Shown here one piece after another: positions 9,651-17,347 of a DNA stretch of 64,000 nt. Made by a program: the position numbers and the translations under genes. This DNA comes from Candidatus Babeliales bacterium (lineage in GTDB: Bacteria > Babelota > Babeliae > Babelales > JANWKD01): contig CAVXJH010000006.1 in NCBI GenBank assembly GCA_963762115.1, positions 64,001 to 128,000 on the forward strand, written 5' to 3'. The notes beneath the pieces are model-generated. The model saw nothing but the letters and a program-made list of their open reading frames with translations. It ran no database searches and was not told the DNA's origin. Numbering within the stretch: the stretch's first letter is position 1; every line of letters starts with the position of its first letter.

Positions 9651-11123
9651 ATGAAAAAACTACTATTTTTTATATTTTGTTTAACAATGATAGCTCAAAA
9701 AAATCTCCATTCTATGGAGAAATTTACTGAAGAATCCGAAGATAAATCTGTTGAAATGGTAAACTTAGTTGACGTACTACCACATGTTGCTGGCGATGAA
9801 TTTTTAACTCGTATCGTACAATTAGCAACACATTTAAATACACCAATTGAATTTAATAAAGAGAGAACATCATGCTTTCAATTTGGCCCACAGCAAATTC
9901 TCGATAAAGGCTCACATCAAGTTACTTTATATTCTAGAAATGAATGGGCTCCTTCATGCAATTTAAATCCCGCACAAATTGTATTTGTAGACCAAACAGA
10001 TAAAAATCATTGCTCATTTAACGTTTAATGTTGGCACAGAGATGTTACTCAATTTGGCATTGATAGATATGATGAAACTAAATATAGAATCGATGATGAT
10101 GCACAAAAGAAACGCTTTATGGCATCTACCTCGCTTGAAACAAAAACACCTTTTTTTGATGGCCCTAGCGATGATGGCATATTTATTATTGCAGGAAATT
10201 CAAAACATAAAGAGGAGGTAACTAAAGAAAAAGTAGAAGATACCACTGATATAGCAGAAATACCACAAGAACAAGGATGCTTCTCACGTATATTTAGTTC
10301 CAACAAAAAAGAGAACCCTATCCCCATTCTAAGCCGTCAAAAAGTTTATGAATATTATATAGGAAAATTTAATCAGAAAAGTACCAATCTATACAGACAA
10401 AATATTTATGACAATAAAGAAAACAATGAATTTAATGTTACATCGCCTAGAATTATAGGCACTCTTTCAGCTCTTGCGCTTTGCAAAACAAGAAATTGGA
10501 ATCCAAAAGATCCTACCGATAACAAAAATCGTTTTGCACTTGCAGATGATAAGGGAATATCAATCTATGAAATAAAAGAAGCTGTTAAACAATCTAAGCG
10601 TCATAAAAAAAATAAAGCTGTGATGTCTGTACAACGCATTGGGTTTGGAGAATTATTCAAGCAAAATGAAGATATTATTAATTCCACCCGACGAAGAATT
10701 ATGAATAGCGACGCTACCATAATAAAGCTTAGTTTTATAACACCAAAAACTTTGTTGGGGCTTACTCATTCAGGAAAATTATTTAGTTTTGCATTAGATA
10801 CACAATTCAACACCATTACATCTGCACCACACACTATTAAAAATAAAGAAGGACAAGAATTAGTTGTGCATAATTTTGCTCTTAATCCTTGCAAACCTAA
10901 TCAGGTTGTTCTTTGTACAAAAGAAGGCAACATTCTTTATTTGAATCTTAAACATTGTATGAAACCAGCTCAGGGAAAAAAAGCAAAACTTTTGATGAGT
11001 GTAGAAAAACTTCCTGATTCAATGTGGTTTTATGATACAAGACTCTGCTTAGGAAGTTATTTTGCACTTGAAACTGAAAATTATACCTTAGCTGATTTAG
11101 ATTTAAGACTGGAAAAAAAATAA
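9651..11123 (+). pseudogene. Paralog of 11181..12500 interrupted by a single in-frame TAA at 10026-10028
   Basis: GTT TAA TGT aligns with GTT CAA TGT (V-Q-C) in the paralog; the frame continues into the ORF starting at 10119. Confidence 0.8.
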
Positions 11124-11180
11124 AAATATTTTAAAAATTTTGCAAAACGTCTTCAGCATGCTCTAAAGGAATTTCTTGTA

Positions 11181-12500
11181 ATGAAAAAACTACTATTTTT
11201 TATATTTTGTTTAACAATAATAGCTCAAAAAAATCTCCATTCTATGGAAAAATTCATTGAAGAATCCGAAGTTAAACCTTTCGAAATGATAAACTTAGTT
11301 GACGCGCTACCCAATGTCGAAGGCGATGCATTATTAATTCGAGTCATACAATTAGCCACACATTCAGATGCTAAAATCGAATTTAGCAAAGATAAAACAT
11401 CATGCTTTCAATTTGGCCCACAGCAAATCTCTGGTAAAAAATCAAATAGAGTTACCTTATACTCAGATGAAGAATGGACTCCTTCAATCAACTTAAACTC
11501 CACGCAAATCGAACAAGATGAAGAAGACTATTTATTTACTGTTCAATGTTACCACGAAAATGTTACTCAATTTGGCATTATTGGCATTGATAGATATATT
11601 AAAACTAAATATAGAATTGATGATGATGCACAAGAAAAGCGCTTTATGGCTTCAGCATCACTTGAAACAAGAAAACCGTTCTTTGATGGCCCTACCAATG
11701 ACATATTTATTATTGCAGGAAATTCAAAAGAAATTAAAGAATATGAATATTATATAGGAAAATTTAATTCGAAAAGTACCGATCTATACAAACAAGATAT
11801 TAATGACATTTTAAAAGAAAATAATAAGTTTAATGTTACATCGCCTAGAATTATAGGAACTCTTTCAGCACTTGCGCTTTGTAAAACAAGAAATTGGAAT
11901 CCTAATGATCCCACCGATAACAAAAATCGTTTTGCACTTGCAGATGATCGTGGAATATCAATCTATGAAATAGAAGAAGCTGTTGAACAATCTAAGGATA
12001 AAGCTGCTATGTCAGTGCAACAAATTGGTTTTGGCCTATCTATAATAAAGAAAAAAAACATAACAGAAAAAGATACATGTATTGAAGTTCCTGTATTACT
12101 AAAAAAAATTAGCTTTATAACACCAAAAACATTATTAGGGCTTTCAGAGTCAGGCAGATTATTTAGTATCGCCTTAGACAAAAAATGGGGTACAATTACT
12201 TTAGAACCGCAAACAATTAAAAACAATCAAGGAGAAATATTAGATTTTCATACCTTTGCACTCAATCCTTGCAAACCTCATCAAGTTGTTCTGTGCACTA
12301 GGGGATGCCAAATCCTTTATTTAAATCTTAAAAATTGTTTAAACCCTGACGAAAAAAAGGTAAGATTTTTGATGCCAACAAAAAGACTCCCTGATTCAAT
12401 GTGGTTTTATAACACCAGACTTTGCTTAGGGAATTATTCTGCTATTAAAACTGAAAATTATACCTTAGCTGATTTAGATTTAAGACTGGAAAAAGATTAG
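11181..12500 (+). CDS. Secreted hypothetical protein, possibly beta-propeller; tandem paralog
   Basis: Signal LHS|ME; high identity with the upstream copy. Confidence 0.8.
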   Translation: MKKLLFFIFCLTIIAQKNLHSMEKFIEESEVKPFEMINLVDALPNVEGDALLIRVIQLATHSDAKIEFSKDKTSCFQFGPQQISGKKSNRVTLYSDEEWTPSINLNSTQIEQDEEDYLFTVQCYHENVTQFGIIGIDRYIKTKYRIDDDAQEKRFMASASLETRKPFFDGPTNDIFIIAGNSKEIKEYEYYIGKFNSKSTDLYKQDINDILKENNKFNVTSPRIIGTLSALALCKTRNWNPNDPTDNKNRFALADDRGISIYEIEEAVEQSKDKAAMSVQQIGFGLSIIKKKNITEKDTCIEVPVLLKKISFITPKTLLGLSESGRLFSIALDKKWGTITLEPQTIKNNQGEILDFHTFALNPCKPHQVVLCTRGCQILYLNLKNCLNPDEKKVRFLMPTKRLPDSMWFYNTRLCLGNYSAIKTENYTLADLDLRLEKD

Positions 12501-12728
12501 AAGATATCTTTGATATTTTGCCAACTAATAATAGTCCCTTTTTCTCGATGTTGATTATTTTGACCAACATAAATTATATTAGCTTAAATTTAAATTAGTA
12601 TTTTTTACAATCTTTTCGAATAAAAACTTAGCTATTTTTATCGCTTACAGGTTTGACTAATCTTACATCGCTATGTCATATTAGTCAGAATTTTAATTCT
12701 GATTGAAAACAGTCTAAATTCGCAAACG

Positions 12729-12787
12729 CTAAAACTTCCAACACATTTCAATTTCGCCGCCAAGATCACCACGTTCATCGCGAATGC
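12729..12787 (-). repeat. Copy 4 of the tamB 3' end (59 bp, most diverged)
   Basis: Encodes IRDERGDLGGEIEMCWKF*; 7 differences from 17348-17406. Confidence 0.9.
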
Positions 12788-12832
12788 TAGAAATTGTCCT
12801 TTAAAAAAACTCAGGTAAAATGAATAGTAATG

Positions 12833-15421
12833 TTATTTTTTTTCAAAAACAGAAAGACCTGATAAACCTTCTGCGCTAAGATTATGAGGATGGACACGTT
12901 GCGCCGACAAACTATTTATTAAATTATTCATTTTTTCTGTTGTTAACTTTTTTTCTATTTTAACTTGATAATGAGATGGAGAGTCGTCATCAAGAAATAT
13001 ACCTTTTCTAATTCTCATTTTTGTACTCAAAACACTGAGCATTGTTTGTGCTTCATCGATAGCAGGTTTTGTTATTTCCGGCGATAGAATATCTCTATTT
13101 TCTTCTGCTAGTTTCCGCAAACAAACAATTTGATCACCTCCATTGCGAAGAACTTCATGAGTTATAAATTTTTTATGAGCCTTACACGAATCAACTATCG
13201 CCCGTAAAGAATCAATATAAAGACCCGTAGTCTGCTCAATTGCTCTATTGTTTAATTCCTCTTTGGTAGATTTTGCAAACTGCATGCGAGGAAGCCTTGT
13301 TATAAAATCTATTCCTTGTTGAGGGTGATCAAATGAATCTATAATTTTTTTGTTATCTTCAAGCGCCGAAGTTTGATCTAACTGTTCAATTTCTCCTTGC
13401 GAAAATAATTTCATAAGATCGGCAGAGGAATGTATTTCAGCTAAGGCGCCTTTTGCTCTAACAATTTCTCTTACTCTTTGCTTAACTCGTTGTTTAAATT
13501 TTGTTACTTTTTTTTCACCATACATTCTTTCAGCTTCACTATCAATAAGACTAACAAGTTTTCGTGGGCGATTACTGCAAAGATCTTTATTAATGCTTTG
13601 TTTTAAGGCAACAATTGTTGCTTCTACTGAAAGAATGTTGTCCTGATTACTTTCAGATATTCTTAATCTGTGTTCAATATCAGTTTTTTGTATTTTTTTG
13701 AGAGCAACAAGATTCCTGACATTTTTACTTAGCATATGATTAAACGTGTCAATCGGAAAAGAATTATCAATGGTAATCAAATATTTAGTTGCTTCATCAT
13801 TAAATCGACTTACCTGCACATCTAGATCTTTACAATTTGAAACTCGATCGACAAACCAATCCACAAGATTTTTCTTAATAAGATCATGAATTTTTTCTAA
13901 CGTCGACACATCATACCCACTTAAAAAATCATCATTTATAACACTTTCAAAGGGTTCATTTGCATATATAGGTGGTTTTATATGTTTCTCGACAAATGCT
14001 TCAGCAATCACTTCTGGTTTTTCATTTTCAATATAATCTTCAATTCTACAAGTAAGTAATCTTTGCTCGAAAGAAGTAAATGTTGCAAATATCGGATGTG
14101 TTTTCAAAAAGTTCAAATCTGCTTTTCTACCATTTTCTCGAGCAGCTTCCAATGAAAGCTTATAAAGAAGCTGTTCAAACGTAGGTTCAGCAAGAGTATT
14201 AAATTCAGTAAATTTTACGCCATCATCCTTATGAGTATAAAAATCTGAATCAACAAGATGATTATTATCCAAAGATTGACTATAAAGAGTTGGATCAGAC
14301 CGCATATGAAAAATTTTTTTTACTTTTCCATCAAAAGAAACATTATTGAGTGCATTGTTATGGATAACTATGAGCTTATTTCCGGGCGCTATCGCCACTA
14401 CATCGTCATATTGTTTACGCAGTGATTCCTGCTTAACATCAAACAAAAATCCTTCTTTTTCATCTTTTTTTAAAAAAATAAATTTACTGTCCGGTGAAAT
14501 AATACTTTTACTCACGGGCATCTCAACTGCAATTTTTTTTGGCACAAAAAAATCTGCACACCGTGAATCAGGAATATTTTGATCCCATTTATAGACTTCA
14601 CCTTTGCTATTAACTGAAACAAAATATGAACCATTTGGTGCACATGACAGATGAGTTATAGGATCTTTTTCAACTCCTTTCAAGAAAAATTTCTTCCATT
14701 TACCTTTTCTTGCAAAAGGATTATCGTATTCAATAGTTATTCCCTCAATAGAACCATCAGCATAACCAACAAAAAGAACGTTATTATCAGCCGAAAAAGT
14801 AAGAGAATGAAACAAAGCAGCATCAACCTTTCTTCCTGTAATACTGGGAAATAAATGTTGGTTGAGAATAATAAATAGCTGGGTATCACTAGCAACTGCT
14901 ATGCAACTATTATCTTGCGTTGAAGTAATATATTTAATTTTTCCCTGACAAGGATTGTTTCTACAGGTTAGTATTCTCCCATCTAAAATACCAATAGTAT
15001 CAAAAGGCTCATCATACCACATGCAAAGTTTCGCATTATACCATTGAACATCAACATGGCCAGGTACGAATGCTCGACATTTCCATGTTGGCTGCGTATG
15101 AGCTTTCCAATATTGCAATAAGCAATTAGGTGAAATCTTCAGATGTTCTAATTGCTCAAACATTTCTTCAATTACTTGCTTTGACGCAAGAGGATCTTTG
15201 GTATCAATATTATCTTTAACGTTATTTGCTATTGCACCTAAACAAATAGCTCGAAGACTTTTCATAAAACCTGAATTGGGATAAAAATGATGGTAATCTT
15301 TTCTACTATCAAATTTTTCTTGAGGAACCGTTTTTTCAGGTTCAGACATCCCAAAAAGCATGTAAGGAATAATGGCAGCAGTCATCAACAGAATAATTAA
15401 AAAGTGCGAGCATTTTTTCAT
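12833..15421 (-). CDS. Secreted WD40-like beta-propeller protein with BC-box-like motif and helical C-terminus
   Basis: Signal LFG|MS; KSLRAICLGAI; WD-like ITHLSCAPNGSYFVSVNSKGEVYKWD. Confidence 0.75.
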   Translation of the reverse strand: MKKCSHFLIILLMTAAIIPYMLFGMSEPEKTVPQEKFDSRKDYHHFYPNSGFMKSLRAICLGAIANNVKDNIDTKDPLASKQVIEEMFEQLEHLKISPNCLLQYWKAHTQPTWKCRAFVPGHVDVQWYNAKLCMWYDEPFDTIGILDGRILTCRNNPCQGKIKYITSTQDNSCIAVASDTQLFIILNQHLFPSITGRKVDAALFHSLTFSADNNVLFVGYADGSIEGITIEYDNPFARKGKWKKFFLKGVEKDPITHLSCAPNGSYFVSVNSKGEVYKWDQNIPDSRCADFFVPKKIAVEMPVSKSIISPDSKFIFLKKDEKEGFLFDVKQESLRKQYDDVVAIAPGNKLIVIHNNALNNVSFDGKVKKIFHMRSDPTLYSQSLDNNHLVDSDFYTHKDDGVKFTEFNTLAEPTFEQLLYKLSLEAARENGRKADLNFLKTHPIFATFTSFEQRLLTCRIEDYIENEKPEVIAEAFVEKHIKPPIYANEPFESVINDDFLSGYDVSTLEKIHDLIKKNLVDWFVDRVSNCKDLDVQVSRFNDEATKYLITIDNSFPIDTFNHMLSKNVRNLVALKKIQKTDIEHRLRISESNQDNILSVEATIVALKQSINKDLCSNRPRKLVSLIDSEAERMYGEKKVTKFKQRVKQRVREIVRAKGALAEIHSSADLMKLFSQGEIEQLDQTSALEDNKKIIDSFDHPQQGIDFITRLPRMQFAKSTKEELNNRAIEQTTGLYIDSLRAIVDSCKAHKKFITHEVLRNGGDQIVCLRKLAEENRDILSPEITKPAIDEAQTMLSVLSTKMRIRKGIFLDDDSPSHYQVKIEKKLTTEKMNNLINSLSAQRVHPHNLSAEGLSGLSVFEKK

Positions 15422-15564
15422 ATAATAATTTTTTCATTCTTTAAAGATATCTTTAATCAGTTTTTTAATAACAATATGCACACTTGTAATTATGAATAAA
15501 AAGACTAAAAATGCAATCGCGATACTAGAAAATATACCGTTTTAGGGATTTTTTAAGAACAGTG

Positions 15565-15694
15565 CTAAAATTTCCAACGCATTTCAATTTCACCGCCAAG
15601 GTCACCACGTTCATCGCGAATGCCGCGAATGGCAATATCATCAGCAAAGAAATATTCGACCCCCCACATAAATCATTGATATGCTTATTACCTA
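15565..15694 (-). repeat. Copy 3 of the tamB 3' end (96 bp) plus shared arm
   Basis: 6 differences from tamB, all synonymous; flanked by CCACATAAATCATTGATATGCTTATTACCTA. Confidence 0.95.
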
Positions 15695-15748
15695 TTTGAT
15701 ACCATACAAATCAAATAAAAATTCTCTTTAAAAAAAAGGATTTAAAAA

Positions 15749-16408
15749 ATGCAAACTATAGCAAAAAACTTACATACTTTTTTGTTAATAACAATATCTT
15801 TTTTTACGATAAACTACCTACAATCCATGCAACAGGAAGCACTATTAAGAAATGAACTTTCAACACTTGAAAAAAAATTATTCGATCTACAAACAGCTCT
15901 CAACACTTCTATAATACCTTCAACCCCAAAAAAACAGCCGATTCATCTTGTCACTCCAGGAGCATTAAATTTTGAAAATATACCTTACTATGTTTCAGGC
16001 GCAGGATCATTACCAAGCTTTACAAATACTTTTATAAAAAATATTGAAGATGAATTAATAATTTCATTCAAAAAAACATCTAACATAGAAGAAATAGGTT
16101 CATCAAACATAGGATTTTATTTTAGTTCTCTAATTACTTCAAGATTTACTAATTTAATTAAAGGTACTGTAACTAAATTGCAACAAGCAAGAGCTAGTCA
16201 ACCTAATAACATTATTCTTATAATGTTTACCGGAGAAAAAAAATCACTTATTAAAAAATATGAAGATTCAAAAGAGGCTGAAGAGTTAACAAAAACACAT
16301 ATATATCCTTTTATATTTCAGTCGAGTAAAGAAAATATCTTCGATAGAGATTTTAACAAAAAAAAATTAATAAAAGTCATTGAAAGCCTTGAGTTACTCG
16401 GAACATGA
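15749..16408 (+). CDS. Secreted hypothetical protein (cassette cargo)
   Basis: AAAGGA RBS; signal LQS|MQ; N-terminal Leu heptads. Confidence 0.7.
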   Translation: MQTIAKNLHTFLLITISFFTINYLQSMQQEALLRNELSTLEKKLFDLQTALNTSIIPSTPKKQPIHLVTPGALNFENIPYYVSGAGSLPSFTNTFIKNIEDELIISFKKTSNIEEIGSSNIGFYFSSLITSRFTNLIKGTVTKLQQARASQPNNIILIMFTGEKKSLIKKYEDSKEAEELTKTHIYPFIFQSSKENIFDRDFNKKKLIKVIESLELLGT

Positions 16409-16415
16409 TAGTTTT

Positions 16416-16544
16416 CTAAAACTTCCACCGCATTTCAATTTCACCACCAAGATCACCGCGTTCATCGCGAATGCCGCGAATGGCAATATCATCAGCAAAG
16501 AAATATTCAACCTCCACATAAATTATTGATATGCTTATTACCTA
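16416..16544 (-). repeat. Copy 2 of the tamB 3' end (96 bp) plus shared arm
   Basis: 2 differences from tamB, both synonymous; flanked by CCACATAAATTATTGATATGCTTATTACCTA. Confidence 0.95.
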
Positions 16545-16576
16545 AGCAATTAGAAAATGTTATAGCGAAAATCACA

Positions 16577-17005
16577 TCACTCGGAGCATGATCCTTTAAA
16601 ATTAATATTCTCCAACATTCTCAACGTTGCAAAATATTCATAAATTCGAGAACAAGTCTCCTTAGCTGTTTCTTCATTATAATCATGTGTTGTTGCATTT
16701 CTTGCTTCAGAAATATCTAAGAGTTTTTTTGTTTCTTCTTGAGTTATAATATTTAATAAAAAACATTCACGAAAAATTGCTTTTGGTGATGCAAGCTCGA
16801 CGGAATGAAGTTCTTTAATATACTGCTGAAGAAACTTCCAACACATTTCATAGCAAATTTCAAAATGCTTAACCAATGAAGCGACAGCATTTTCTAATTC
16901 ATCTGTTGCGGCATTAGCAGCATATTTACTTGAAAATTTTAAACTCCGTTCCAATGCACTCAATGATTTTAAAAACTTTTGGTGTGCAAAAACTAACTTT
17001 TCCAC
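16577..17005 (-). CDS. HEPN / nucleotidyltransferase substrate-binding protein (HI0074-like toxin)
   Basis: FEICYEMCWK, SPKAIFRE and RNATTH (Rx4H) motifs; overlaps the MNT gene. Confidence 0.9.
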   Translation of the reverse strand: MEKLVFAHQKFLKSLSALERSLKFSSKYAANAATDELENAVASLVKHFEICYEMCWKFLQQYIKELHSVELASPKAIFRECFLLNIITQEETKKLLDISEARNATTHDYNEETAKETCSRIYEYFATLRMLENINFKGSCSE

Positions 17006-17283
17006 AAAATTCCCTCTTTCATAATATTTTCTTTTAATGCAAGAGGAATTCTATTAAAATCAACAACATCAACTTTCTGAGGAATATTAAGGGCATCTAT
17101 CATACTAACTATTTGACCTTTTTGCGTCATTGACATTGGACTTTTTGCATCTATTGCAATATCAATATCAGAAGTCTCTGCATAATCTCCCCGAGCACGA
17201 GACCCAAAAAGATATATTTTTGCTTCTGGAAAAAATATAGTAATAACCTTGATAATTCGTTCTTTTTGCTCTTTATTTGGCAT
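16993..17283 (-). CDS. Minimal nucleotidyltransferase (MNT) antitoxin
   Basis: YLFGSRARGD...SDIDI motif; KVDVVD. Confidence 0.92.
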   Translation of the reverse strand: MPNKEQKERIIKVITIFFPEAKIYLFGSRARGDYAETSDIDIAIDAKSPMSMTQKGQIVSMIDALNIPQKVDVVDFNRIPLALKENIMKEGILWKS

Positions 17284-17347
17284 ATTTTTTTCTAACGTAT
17301 TTGTTAAATTGATATATCATTAGCTCTATAACAATAAAGTAATTTTT

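Noticed and set aside
10026..10028. Stop-codon reassignment (TAA read as Gln)
   Set aside because: It is a single case; TAA, TAG and TGA all end conserved genes normally in this window.
16512..16544. Chromosomal dif site
   Set aside because: The spacer is one base longer than in dif and the XerD arm matches only TTATGT; kept only as a loose resemblance.
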